DNA of 64,000 nt from Eledone cirrhosa (lineage: Eukaryota): assembly GCA_964016885.1 (NCBI GenBank), contig OZ024757.1:27838001-27902000 (forward strand), given 5' to 3'. Under the pieces are notes generated by a model. It had not been told where the DNA came from, did not search any database, and worked only from the letters and a program-made list of their open reading frames with translations. Positions 10,637-24,507 of the stretch are shown here, one piece after another. Within the stretch, counting starts at the first letter, position 1. Each line of letters starts with the position of its first letter. Both the position numbers and the translations under genes were made by a program.

Positions 10637-10974
10637 ATCATCATCATCATCATCATCATTTTACGTCCGCTTTTCCATGCTTGCAAGAGTGGGACGGGAA
10701 CTGATTCTGGCTTGATTTCTACAGCTGGATCCTAACACCAACCTCATTTACAGTGAGTGCTGGGTGCTTTTTTGGCATGGCAACTCCACGACCACTCTGC
10801 AGTGGAATGATAGGGACCCCCGTCCTATCATCTCATTTGTACAGCTGAGTAAACTCGAGCAATGTGAATTAAAGTGTCTTGCTCAAGGACACAACACATC
10901 ACCCAGTCTGAGAATTGAACTCACAACCTTTCGAATGCAAGCCCAATGTTCTAACCACTAAGCCATGTGCCTCC
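10637..10974 (-). mobile_element. tRNA-headed SINE (family 2) with RTE-derived 3' tail
   Basis: Head ggaggcacatggcttagtggttag...gtgagttcaattctc, middle gtgtccttgagcaagacactt, tail cttgcaagcatggaaaagcggacgtaaaa(tga)n shared with the RTE LINE ends. A sister copy is at 52745-53080. Confidence 0.88.
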
Positions 10975-10988
10975 ATATATATATATAT

Positions 10989-11424
10989 GGTGGCTGCCAA
11001 CTCGTTTTCGAGTACGGCCACTACTTTATATCCATGTAGGAGAACCCCTACCGATGCGCTGAACGAGTGTGACTTTTTAGTCCAGCCAGCGACTTGAAAA
11101 CTCTGGTACAAACACTACATTTGTGACAATTATTGACACATAGTGCTGGGCCCATTGTACCATGTGACGACAAGTGCAGAGAGATCTCCAGATATAAAGC
11201 AATGCCTGTGCCGTGAAGCTTTTATAGTGAGCAAAGGCACTGCACAAAGCCACTCCCACTCTCTTAACCAAGATGATATTTACCAAAAAGAAGAACAAGG
11301 CAACATCATTGGATACCATCAGGGTTGCAGGTATTATATCAGAGTTTTCCTTCTCCTAGAATTCTGCCTTGACGAAGGCTAAGGGGTCATCTCTCCCGGT
11401 GATTTTGGATGGCCATTGACTCTT
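10989..11424. mobile_element. Unclassified ~430-bp dispersed repeat bordered by (TA)n, copy 1
   Basis: Highly similar to 32995-33382, with the same termini (ggtggctg...ggccattgactctt). Confidence 0.85.
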
Positions 11425-11468
11425 AAGAGCTTCTTTGCCCTTTTATATATATATACACACATATATAT

Positions 11469-11511
<43 letters not shown>

Positions 11512-11629
11512 TATACATACACACACACACATATATATACACAAACACACATACACACACATATATATATAATTTTAAATTACAAATATATATATATATA
11601 TATATATAAACACTTTTAAATTACAATAA

Positions 11630-11800
11630 TAGAGCCATATCTTTTTGGAGGAGGTTTGTGAAAGACATGCATTTCAGAAACTTATTAATGATAAATTTAG
11701 CCGGATGTAACATTAAATTTAATGAAGCTGCTGACCTTGCTACAAATAAAGACCAATGATGAAAGTGGATTGACCAGTGTTTTAAACTACCACAGCCTCT
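11630..11800 (+). mobile_element. Possible highly degenerate LINE C-terminal fragment
   Basis: Reads ...AGCNIKFNEAADLATNKDQ**KWI, resembling RTE C-termini; weak. Confidence 0.35.
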
Positions 11801-12047
11801 TATGGAAACGGAAGGGGATGTTGAAGGAGGAGAAGGTGTCAAAAGACAAAATGTAACATTAGAAAAACACATGTCATTGGAGAAGGTCCTTTGATTCATA
11901 CCAAAGAAGGAAATAATAGTATGGTTTTATGTCATGAGTTTTGTAGAGCCATGGAACTTTTCTATTTCTGGTGATATGGAGCCGGATTTGAACGCAGAAC
12001 ACACTGAACAGAAAAGCTATAAAAGAATTCTTTACATTTTAACATTA

Positions 12048-12312
12048 CTAGGATTTTTTTCAACACGTCGACATGCTTGTGTATACGTACATATGCATTC
12101 ATTTATATGTATGAGTATATAAATATAAATGTGCAAACACACACATACATTTACACAAGCACACACATACACATACTCACACACAGCATAGTAAATGGAA
12201 CGCCAATTGCTGTTTTGCTATAGTTTTTTCACCACTTCCTTCCTTCCTTTTATACATACATTCTCACAAACACATTTGTGACAGACAGAAATCCCTCAAA
12301 TTTATATATAGA
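12048..12312 (-). mobile_element. Non-autonomous Helitron, copy 1
   Basis: Minus strand A|TCTATATATAAA...AATCCTAG|T has 5'-TC, 3'-CTAG, an A|T target and no TSD. Homologous to 51708-52003. Confidence 0.75.
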
Positions 12313-13264
12313 TTTGGCAAAATTGATAGTGCATCAAATAAAATGCCATTATAGTATAGTGTTTGTTCTGGTTCTTTACATTTTGAATTCAAATCCTGCC
12401 AAGGTCAACTTTGCCTTTCATCCTTCCAGGATAGATAAAATAAAGTGCCAGTCAAGCTCTGGGGTTGATTTCATTAACTTTGGCCTTCCTTTAAATTTAC
12501 TGGCCTTGTGTCTAAATTAGAAACCAATAATATTGTAAACAGCAATTATATTTGACAGTAGTTGCAAATTTTTCAGTAATATATTTTTAGATTTTCCAAT
12601 AATATATTTTTTTTGTTTTTGCATATTGATAAAAGTTTTTCCTGAAGAATGAGATTGTTCAATTGAACTCAAAGGAATTGGTCAATTAATTTTGCTTGTT
12701 ATGTTGATCTCTTTCTTTATTGTTTCAATGATTTATTACCATTTGATGCCATTACCAATATCCTTCTGTTCAAGCTGTTTGACTTAACCTCCTGTTCAGT
12801 GAGGCATCTTGAATTTTTCATCAATGGTATTCTTTACAAGCTTATTCAGATAAAAGCAGTAATTTTTGGGGTATTGATTTCCAATGCTGCTGGTCTCCTC
12901 CGATGTTGCTGTTTTGGTTGTATTGGCCATGGGCCACAGAGATAGCTAGCCAAATCTTTATATCAGATAATGTTTCCTATTTATCAGGTAAACATTGTGT
13001 GCATCAAAATAACTATTTACGGACAAAATTGAATTTCCTCATGTTCATTAAACTACGAAGAAGAAATTTTGTGAAATTTAGTTAATAATAGGAACAGGCA
13101 TGGTCGTGTGGTTAAGAAGTTCTTTACGTGAGCACTTGTTTATGGGTTCTGTCTTACTTACCGCACATCAGTCTTCTACTATAACTTCAGGCTGATGACT
13201 GACTGCTCTCTGGGTTAATTTGGTAGGTGGAAACTGTACAATACCCATTGTATATGTGTGTGTG

Positions 13265-13329
<65 letters not shown>

Positions 13330-13941
13330 CATCATTATCATTTTACATCCACCCTTGCTTGCTTGCAAGGGTGGGATGGGTCCTCTTCAGCACACCATCT
13401 CTCCATTTGTCATGGTCCTTTGTCATATGTAAATATCTTCATCATTATCATCATCGTTTTTACATTGATTTTTTTCATGTTGGGATGAACTGGATGGGAT
13501 TTTTTGAGGCATTGTTTTGCAGTTGGATGTCCTTCCTGACATCAACCCTTTTAGTCACTTCTTACAATATTCTAAACTGGACACACATGGCCTTAGACAC
13601 TGTTGTGCTTTCTCCTTCTTTCTCCCTAGAAATATCTATTTTCAGGTTATATGCTATGCTTCCAGTAATGGAAAAGTACTATGTAGTAAAAAAAAGAAGT
13701 CAATATCTTTGTATTTTAATTTCTTTAACTCTTTCCTGGTAAAATTTTAATATATATAAATATATATATATATATATGCATGTATGTGTGTGTATATATA
13801 TATATAAGTATATATATATATATATATGTATATATATGTATATATATATGTATATATAATGTAGGAGGTGAGTTTTATTGTAGTACAATAAAGCAATGCA
13901 GATATCGGATAAGAAGCACTCTACAGTTTGTAGGACTGGAG

Positions 13942-15242
<1,301 letters not shown>

Positions 15243-15339
15243 AACATTTTCCAAGAGATGGCAACATGAATTTTCTCTAAAAACATTTTTTCCAATTCCG
15301 CCCTGCCTGTCCCTTCAATCTTTCTAATTTCCCATTCTT

Positions 15340-15375
15340 TCTTCTGATGAAGGATTAGCGTCCAAAACCTTAAGA
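15340..15375 (+). ncRNA. Degenerate minimal type-I hammerhead motif in a Penelope-like repeat remnant
   Basis: tctt-CTGATGA-a-gga-ttagcg-tcc-AAAAC-CTT-aaga; the core G12 is lost. About 100 nt downstream is homologous to the copy at 18833. Confidence 0.55.
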
Positions 15376-15596
15376 CCTTCTTCCTGCTACTTCAAGTATT
15401 AAACTAATATATTCCTTCCATATACTGTACCAATTGTGTTGTTATTTCTGTTTACCCTTTACACACACACACATATATACATATATGTATATAGTTTTAA
15501 ACCTTTTGAAATCTTCCATTTGCTTTTTGATGCAATTATTGTAATGTCCATTACCTGATGATTTATTTTTTTCTTTTTCTTTTAATTGCTCTGTAG

Positions 15597-15897
15597 GGAG
15601 GTTACACCAAACCTACTCATGCTGACCTAGAGGCCCGTTATCAGTTAACTGCCGATCTATCCGATGCTAGTATCCAGCAGCATTTGGATCAGGCATGCGA
15701 GAACTTGAAGAAGGAAATTCGTAAGGAAATGAAAATTAAAGAAGGCGCTGAACGCCTTAGGGAGGTGAGCACAGACAAGAAAAGCTTATCAAATATTAAC
15801 AGCCTTGTCAAGAAAGCTAACAATAAACTTACAGAACTACGCGAGGAACTTCAAGATCTCAATGCCTACCGCATTAGCAAAAATGACTCAGGAACTG
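15597..15897 (+). CDS. PKN: Protein kinase N internal exon encoding HR1a (GGYTKPTH...EIRKEMKIKEGAERL...LQDLNA...SGT)
   Basis: Polypyrimidine tract plus ctgtag acceptor and G|gtaaga donor. Motif EIRKEMKIKEGAERLR matches the PKN HR1a. 301 nt, phase 0 to 1. Confidence 0.92.
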
Positions 15898-16129
15898 GTA
15901 AGAGATTTTCTTTTCTTTATTTTTATTAATCCTTTTGTAATGCTATTTTTCATGAAATGCACTGATTGCGTATTTGAAATAATTTTGCTGAGGAAAGAGG
16001 AGAGAAAATATTAAAAAAATCGAGAATTTGTAAGGATTTACTGAAATAACTAAATTCTTGTCTATGGTGTTAAGAAGTTCACTTTAGACTTGTTGTTTTC
16101 AGTTCCATAGCATGGTACCTTGAGCATTT

Positions 16130-16298
16130 TTACCATGGTAATGGACATTCAGACATTATAACTTCGAGGATGGATATTCAGACATTGTAACCATGAGGAT
16201 GGACTCTCAGACACTGTTACGATAAACATTCGGATATCGGATATTGTTACCATGGTGATAGACACTCAGACATTGTTAGCACATAGATGGACATTCAG
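16130..16298. repeat. Degenerate ~31-bp minisatellite (ttaccatggtgatggacattcagacattg-like)
   Basis: About 5 diverged tandem units. Confidence 0.75.
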
Positions 16299-16569
16299 GG
16301 CCTCTCCCATTGGCGTTAGATTCCCAGTTGTAGTTATTTCATTCCATTGCACCATCACTAATGACCACTAGAAAAAGACTTGAATATAATGACCATTAGT
16401 TTTAGTAACTGTGGAAGCAATAGTGTTAATCTCCCATTGAATCTATTTTTGATTAGAAATAGTCTGAATAAAAAATAGATGAAATATATGTCAGAGTTTG
16501 AACAAATAATTGCAAGTAAGAAATGTCAATGATTTTAATTAAAAATGAGAAAATCTGTTTTTGCATCCA

Positions 16570-16813
16570 TTAACCTTTTAAATAGCAAACTGCCTGAAAC
16601 CACCTGATTCTATGATACAAACTGATTATTTTAAAGTGTTTATCTTTAACTAAGAAATTTCCATCATAATTTCATATAAGAACCCTTATAAGTTATGTTC
16701 CAAACACCAGCTGTATGATGAGAAAGTAAGTTTTATTACTAAATCCCTCCAAATTCTGGATTATTTTCAAAATTAATTGAAAATCGTTGGAAATATGGTA
16801 ACAAATGGGTTAA
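16570..16813. mobile_element. TTAA-flanked MITE family B (piggyBac-like ends)
   Basis: ttaacc...ggaaatatggtaacaaatgggttaa. Related copies at ~4587-4807, ~29641-29876, 41538-41812 and ~57804-58026. Confidence 0.7.
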
Positions 16814-17842
16814 GGTGTTTATTTTTATCTAAAAACCTTCCTTCATAATTTTATGTCAAAATGTTCCAAACACCATATTAATAATAAAGTTAGTTATATT
16901 ACTAACTCCTTCCAAATTATTGATTAGTTTCAAAATTTATTGGAAATCATAGGCAGTGTTCTTTAATAGAAATATGATGATAGGATTAAATATAAATCCA
17001 AGCAAGCCTGAGTTCTTCATGATTAGACAGGAAGATCTCAAGAGAATAAATATGGCAATGGTGCTAAAAATGGTTGAATGGTGTTTGTTATTAAGTTTTG
17101 ACAACATTCAATGAATGAAGGGAATGAAGAATGAAAAAAACATTCTCCATCTTGGTTCAGGTGTTTTCATATATTAGACAGATTGTTGACCATTGTGTAG
17201 TTCTAATGAAAAACTTGCTAGAATTGTGTGTATGTATATATATGTGTGTGTGTATGTATATATGTGTGTGTGTGTATGTATATATGTGTGTGTGTGTGTA
17301 TATATAGTGAATAAAAAGTGTGGATGTTAGAAAACGTTCTATATATATATAAAATTTATGAGGAAAAAGATAATAAAAGACAATGCACCTTGTACATATA
17401 TATATATATTTATGTATAAAAAAAGAGGGGACTTTATAATCAAAAGTTACATGCATATATATATATGCATGCATGTGTGTGTGTGTAAATTAATTGAAAT
17501 AAATGGAAAGAAGTTGTCAACTAGAATTGTGTGTATGTCTGCCTGTATGTGCATGTGTGTGTGCATGTGTTCTTAATTGGAAATTATAAACTGTCTTTCA
17601 TTAGAAATATAGTAACAAAAGGATTAAACCAAAATGACTGTTATTAAAGAAAATTATTTGTGAGCTAGGGGATTTAACTGATGTTATTGCAAGGAATGTG
17701 GGTCCCAATCCACCCAAATACCCAGTATTCAGTGATGCAACAGTCCTAGTGGAAATATATTAATGGTTTTATATCAGTCTCTATTTTATTATTACTGGTC
17801 CTGTTTTTTGTTCATACAGTGTCATTAACAACAGATAGTGTA

Positions 17843-17884
<42 letters not shown>

Positions 17885-18488
17885 TATATATATATATGCA
17901 TGTGTGTGTGTACATTCATTTGTATATTACTTGTGGGTTTTTTCCCTATCACAGTGTATTTCACATTACCTTATGAATCATATTTAGTTTTCTGCCACAT
18001 TAGTTACTTAATGTTCATTAGATATATTGTTGAAACAGGAATTGATAATATAATAAGATATATTTGCTATATATATATATATTATCATTATAGTAGAAAT
18101 AGAAGCTTTTGCCATATTTTTTACTAAAAAAATTTTTTAGGCTGATATTCTGGTTTAAAATCCTCTAAAAAATTGAAAAGAATGAGTATAAGTCAATACT
18201 CTGCTATTTCTACTAAATTTCAAACTTTGCTCTCTGTTTCAAAACAAATTTACTTATATATTATTATATTATTTATTTATTATTATTATTGTTGTTGTTG
18301 TTGTTATTATGAGGCACAGGTATAACTATGTGGTTAAGAAGTTTATTTTGCAACCATCTGGTTTTAGGTTCTATTCCTCTGTGTGACACCTTGGGCAAAT
18401 GTTTTCTACTATAGCCTCATGCTGAGGGAAATCAGTAGATAGAAACCGTGAGGAAGACAGTCATATCATTATTACCATTAACATCTCT

Positions 18489-18717
18489 TTAACCCTTTAG
18501 TGTTCAAACCGGCCAAAACCGGCCAGAATTCTCTACCTCTTACTTTTGAAACTGGCTGTAACTGGTCGTTCAAACTGATGTTAAGGTATTGTTCTGAAAA
18601 TAAATACTTTTAAAATCTCATAGATTCGATATTATGTGAGATAATTATGTGAGGTAAAGCCTTTACCATGAAAATATAATAGTATATATAGAGTAATGTG
18701 AATGCTAAAGGGTTAAA
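18489..18717. mobile_element. TTAA-flanked MITE family A (piggyBac-like ends)
   Basis: TTAA|CCCTTTAG...CTAAAGGG|TTAA. Related copies at ~35755-35981, ~37725-37935, ~39129-39300 (partial), 49809-50015 (reverse) and 50731-50931. Confidence 0.82.
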
Positions 18718-18832
18718 TTCACTTTTTTATGTAAGCCGGCTGAATATGCACATGTTTTTTTTCTCCCCAATTTTTTTTTTCTCATTTTCTTATCACTCTT
18801 TACTTTCTATTTATCATTTATTTCTAACTCTA

Positions 18833-18868
18833 TCTTCTGATGAAGGACTAGTGTCTGAAACGTTAAGA
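18833..18868 (+). ncRNA. Minimal type-I hammerhead ribozyme motif (Penelope-like element type)
   Basis: Stem I tctt/aaga; core CTGATGA (18837-18843); stem II ggac-tagt-gtct after an extra A; GAAA; loopless palindromic stem III ACGT; GUU cleavage triplet. Confidence 0.72.
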
Positions 18869-20040
18869 CTCTCTTCCTGCTATTTCAAGTGTTAAACTAA
18901 TATATTTCTTCCATGTACTGTGCCGTTTGTTTTGTTATTTTTGTTACTTCTTTTTACTTTTACATATAAATATACACACACACATATATATGAAGTGATT
19001 AGAGTGTTAGACGCCCAATCTGTGAATTATGGGTTCGAATCCTGGACCAAGTGTCACAGTGTTCTTGAGCAAGATATTTTTCATGCTTTTCACAATACGT
19101 ATTAAAATACACTCTCTCCCTCTCTCTACACACACATATCTGTGTGTGCGTTAGGAGGTGGGCATATTTGTGTCAGTCACAGCAAATATAATATTAACAC
19201 TGTTAAAAAAAATCAGTAACATTTGTTTATGTCCAACATAAACAATACGCCCTGTGGCATGATTTGATGAATGTCAGTAGCATTGAAATTATTAGAAAAC
19301 CAGCCTCAAAATGTTGTTTTGTCTAGTCCTTGCAAGTATGGTAAAGGCAGGCATCAAAAAACAACAATGATGATGATGTATAATAATTTATTGTAATTAT
19401 AAATCTCATGTAGAGTTTCAAATGTATTGTTTATGAGTTACCATAGCATCTATTTCAGTTTTGTATTCATTGAAAAATAAACTATAAAATATAATTAATA
19501 AAAAAAAAATAATAATAATTAAAAAATTTTAAATAATTAGTGTATCTGTGTTATGAAAAATGATTGATATCTAAATTGCATTTGAATTTTATATTGATTT
19601 TTCTCTGTAGCTATGAAATTCTAACTCATTTCACTGGCTTTATTCTTCCTCTATTTAATAATTTGCCTTGTCATTTTAAACCCATGTTGGGAAAACATTT
19701 GAATTTATTACATGTTATGGTGATCAAATGAAATCAATTTCCCTGTTGAAACCATATTATTTTAAATTTCATCAAAAGACAGATATTTGTCTGTTAAAAA
19801 TATCTTGGAAAATAAATTATTACGAGCATAGTAATTATATTGTCAGGTCTGTTTAATATTTAAGGTGGGCAGGCATTGTAGAACTTGTGTTGGAGGTTTT
19901 ACATATAAGCAAATATACCATAACATTATATATACATATGTATATGTGTATATATATATATATATATACACATATATATAAGGTACTCAATACATTAGTA
20001 GAGTATATACAACACATTTTCATATAGAAATGGCTTCTAT

Positions 20041-20097
20041 AGGACTAGAACTGTTTCATTCGAAGGAAATCATCAGGAATGAAGCAGTTCTAGTCCT
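20041..20097. repeat. 21-bp-arm hairpin whose minus strand contains CTGATGA...GAAAC
   Basis: aggactagaactgtttcattc and gaatgaagcagttctagtcct pair with 1 mismatch. Confidence 0.75.
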
Positions 20098-20392
20098 GTT
20101 ATATATATATACACACACACTCATATATTTACACATGTATGCGTACATGGGTAAAAACATACATGTATTCATGTATGTGTATATATATATATACCTACAT
20201 GCATATATGTAGGATTTTATCTTTGTTTTTATTAATTCCTCACCAACAGAAAGAGAGCTAGTTTCTAACACAGGGACAACACTCTTTCATTAGAATTTAG
20301 ACATCAATTAGGTAATTATATATGTATGTTTGTACATGTTTGTATTTGTGCAGATATGAATGACATTCCATGTATGGAACTGTATGTTTTGA

Positions 20393-20882
20393 TCATCATC
20401 ATCATCATCATCATCATCGTTTAACGTCCATCTTCCACGCTAGCATGGGTTTGGACGGGAATTTTCCCACTTGAGGCAAGATTAGTTGTCTTGCTCGTAT
20501 AGGACTGTCTGGCGGGTTTTCTACGGCTGGATGCCCTTCCTAACACTAACCACGTTTACAGTGTGGACTGGGAGGTTTTTTACTGTGTTACCTACACGGC
20601 CACATTACAGCGTGGACTGTGTGTTTCTTATTTTTTCGTGACACCTACATGCCCTTATTTGTTTCGGACTGGATGTTGTGGTACCAACATAACTTTACAT
20701 AGAAAGGGGTGGGATAGATGGGGCAGGGGTAGTGGGGTTGGGGTGTATTTTTGCTAGAGGTGCCTACTGACTGTAGGTTTCGCTTTGTACTTAGGCAAGG
20801 CGGGTCTTCTGTATTACTGTGTATCGCCAAAGATCTCGGTCCAGTGACATTGTCTTGGAGAGCTGTAAGTGTGTGAGGTCGG
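20393..20882 (-). mobile_element. 5'-truncated copy of the same RTE LINE family as 1-2607
   Basis: Reverse complement aligns by eye to ~2146-2607 (ccgacctcacacacttaca...gacaatgtcactggacc..., the 3' UTR and the (GAT)n tail). Confidence 0.9.
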
Positions 20883-22624
20883 TGGGAGCTAATGATTACA
20901 AAGCGAACTTCTTAACGATTCAGCCATGCTACATCGACAGATACATACAGATATGTTTGTATATACATATATGCATACATACATACATTTATATACATAC
21001 ATATACATACATACACACACATACATACACACATGGTTTAGTTTTATGATTAAGAAGTTCACTGCTCAACCATGTGGGTTCGGATACTAGCCCAAAGTGT
21101 AGCATGTTGAGCAAGTGTATTCTACTATACTCTACTATACTAGTAGTAATGGTGGTGGTAGTGATAGTCACCATCGCCACCATCTTTTAATTGCAATATC
21201 ATTATCAGTTAGTTACACTAATGTAATAAACCTATATAATTTCTCACTCTCCTGTGTGAAAACAACAAATTTGCACCATACATATCTTTTTGAGTCAAAT
21301 AATGATCCAAAAATATTTGGAAATCCTAAATGCTTGCAAAGATGTTCTATTTATAGCAAATGTTTATGTTTACTTTTTTTTTTCATTTTATTGTTATTTG
21401 TTGTTGTTGTTTTAAGTTTAGTTCTTAGAGTGTTGGCAGTGGTGGTGTCGGAAGTGGGAAATTGTCTATCTTTAGTTGCAACATGGGGAGTTGTTTATTT
21501 TTAGCTGGAATATAACACCTCAAATTTTTGCAATTTTTTTTTTTCTTCAAACTTTAGTATGTATAATTTTGGTTATATTTTTTTAAGGATTATAATTTGT
21601 TTTTCTTAGACAAAAATCTTTAAAAAATTGAAGTATTAAATTGTACGATTTTCTTTTTCTCTTTATCTCTGTCTGTCTTTCTCTCTCTATCAGTTTATCT
21701 CTGTCAATTTCTCCCTCTTGTCTATCTGTCTCTCCCTCTCTCTCAATAATGCCAAGAAACCAAGAATTCTTCATGGCATGATATCTAATAATGTTTTCTT
21801 TTAGAACCACTTTAGTAAACAAAAGTTTCCTGTGAAATGTTAACATGATAGCTTCTAGCAAAAGTGACTGAGAATGTACTTTTGAAATCAAAATATATAT
21901 TTCAATAAAATAAGCACCAGTCAAACACTTGGGTTAATTTAGTCAACTATAACCCCTTTCCTTACAAATATATATTGTGCCACAAAGCTGGAGGTATGTG
22001 GCTTAGTGGTTAAGTTTCTGAGTTTGTGATTCCTGGACCGGGTGGCATGTTGTGACCTTGATCAAGACATTTCATTTCATATTGTTCCAGTAATTCAAGT
22101 GGCCAGCTTTGTGAAACACTGTATCACGCTGAATCTTTCTGAGAACTATATTAAGGGTGCATGTGTCTGTGGAAGGAGCAGCCTGTTCTGTTGATTGAAT
22201 CAACTGGAAAAGTCATTGTTGGACCTGACTAAGGTTCACCAACAACCACCACAGTGTAATAATCATTGCTGCATAGACTGGAGCAATGTGAAAATGATTG
22301 TGTACAGTGCTCGGGTGCACTACAACTCAAAGGTACATGTATAGTACATAGAATAATATAGAAATGTTCAGGAAAGGGAACAGTGTATGAGTCATGATAT
22401 ACATACAGATACATGCGTGCGTGTATGGAGGGGGAATATCAGGTGTAGTGTTAGCGAATTCCGGAGAGCATGGAAGTTTTGAAGGATGAGGTGTCCCGAC
22501 AGCTAACAACTAATGCAGGTAGTTTATAGATCCGCGTAAGCAAAACGTGATCACCTGACCTTACCTCATAATGTGACAACCCATCGAACCCATACAGTGT
22601 GGAAAATTGACATTAAATGATGTC

Positions 22625-22739
22625 ATTATAACAAATTTTTCAGTATAACAAAATTTTCTTTCAATCCCTAGCCACATCCTCGATGTGTTAGGTCAATCTC
22701 GATATAAAGAATTTTTTGTTATAACGGAATTTCACTGTA
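22625..22739. mobile_element. Possible Tigger/pogo-type MITE remnant
   Basis: Ends in gttataacggaatttcactgta and carries internal tataac motifs. Confidence 0.45.
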
Positions 22740-23499
22740 TTGGACTTTTTAGCTTTAGTTTTGGTTTGTGATAGGAAAAGCACCAAAACACGAAACACAT
22801 AACAAAGATTGGCTGTTATCTCCATTACTGTGTATAGCGAATGACAAAAGACATAAAATGGTGATGATAGTGGTGAGGTTGATGATGATAAACAGTTGGT
22901 TTGTTAGTTAGGTCACCTCCACACACTTTGCTTCCCTCTCCACAGCCACCCACCATCTCTTTCTCTCTGCATGATCTTGAATTAATGAGGCAGGAAGTTA
23001 ACCAAACACTGGTTAAATAGATACAGTATCAGATTCTTGGTAGAAGAATAGTGAAGTAGTACAGTGTTTATTGCGAAAGCATTTTACTCTTTTTTGCTTC
23101 CATTTACTTCGCTTCCATACCGTTCTCTACTATAAATGAAACCATCCGCATCATTACTATCTTCGCCTTGAACCATCTGCATCACCACCAACCTTACTAC
23201 CACCATCCACACTATCATCATCCACACCACCACCACCCTTACCACAACCAAAATCAGCACCATCCACCCACGTCACCGCCAATTCCATCACCGCCCTCTA
23301 TCTTTCAGCAAGATTTAAAGTTAGAATGCAGAGGGCTGAGGTGAATACTGCAAAAGCATTCTATCCAGCGTTCTAATGACTTTGCCAATTTGATGCCCAA
23401 GAAAGTCTTGGAATTACTGGGGTGATGTTTGATGCTAAAATTCTGGTCAACCTACGTTCTCCTTACTAGGAAATTGCTCAAACAAACAAAGGTGCTTTT

Positions 23500-23830
23500 A
23501 CATAGTCACTGAAAATGCTAGAAATAACAGTGAAATCTTCCTCAAATAATACACTAAACTCTTTTTCACTTTAAACTGCTCAAATTGCTAGAAATAGCAG
23601 TGGAATCCTCCTCAAATCATGCACTACACTCTTCTTCACTTCACACTGCTGAAACAATATCAGAACCCTCTACATGGTCACTCAAACTGCTAAAAATAGT
23701 GAAATCTTCCTCAAATCACACACACTACACTCTTCTTACCAGGAAATTACTGAAGCAATATCAGAAACTCTACACAGTCACTCAAATTGCTAGAAACAGT
23801 AATGAAATCTTCCTCAAATCAAACACTACA
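23500..23830. repeat. Degenerate tandem repeat (gtcactcaaattgctagaaatagcagtgaaatcttcctcaaatcacacacta-like)
   Basis: About 4 diverged units. Confidence 0.7.
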
Positions 23831-24464
23831 TTCTTAAAACAAAACAAAAAAGAGGGTAGGACACTTTGGTTAATGTAATCTAGGGTATACTATGGCTGGA
23901 AGAAACAAAACGTGATGGTCATAGCTGGAATATCTTTGATCACAGCCCTACTGAATGTCAGCCAGTTAGGGGCTGATGAGACAACAACTGGAGGCTAATG
24001 ATTACGTGAATATTTAAGTGGAGGTGACGAAGCAAGGGGGAGGGGCAGTTGCATGAGCATGTGTAGAGCAATGTGGGGTAAGCTGATTAGTTTGACCCCA
24101 TTTCAGACAGAGAATTAAAACCAATAATCACCCAGGAATTTATCTTTCCTCTAAACTGTTATCATATGACCAAATATTTCTTCTATCTGTTATTAGATGC
24201 AACATATCTATTGTCTAAACTCCTTTATTTTATAGCTTTAGCCTCTGATTTAAATATATGAATAATAGCTGAAGGATTCTTAGTAGTTATTATTATTATT
24301 ATTGTTTCCATTATTATTTTTATTGCGCATCATTACTGCTTTACCAAGCACAGTTCTGTGCTCCTTGGGTATAAGCAGTGTAGTTTTTGCTGGTGTTGTT
24401 TCTATTGTATTGATAGTACTTTCCATAATATATATGCAGTGCCTTATTATTATTATTATTCGTG

Positions 24465-24507
<43 letters not shown>

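Noticed and set aside
12640-12960. Possible decayed transposon coding fragment on the minus strand
   Set aside because: It has coding-like composition but no motif I can identify with confidence.
15684-15929. ORF-track boundaries of PKN pieces (also 50302, 52492, 53690, 54693)
   Set aside because: They are exons read into intron; I used splice-site boundaries instead.
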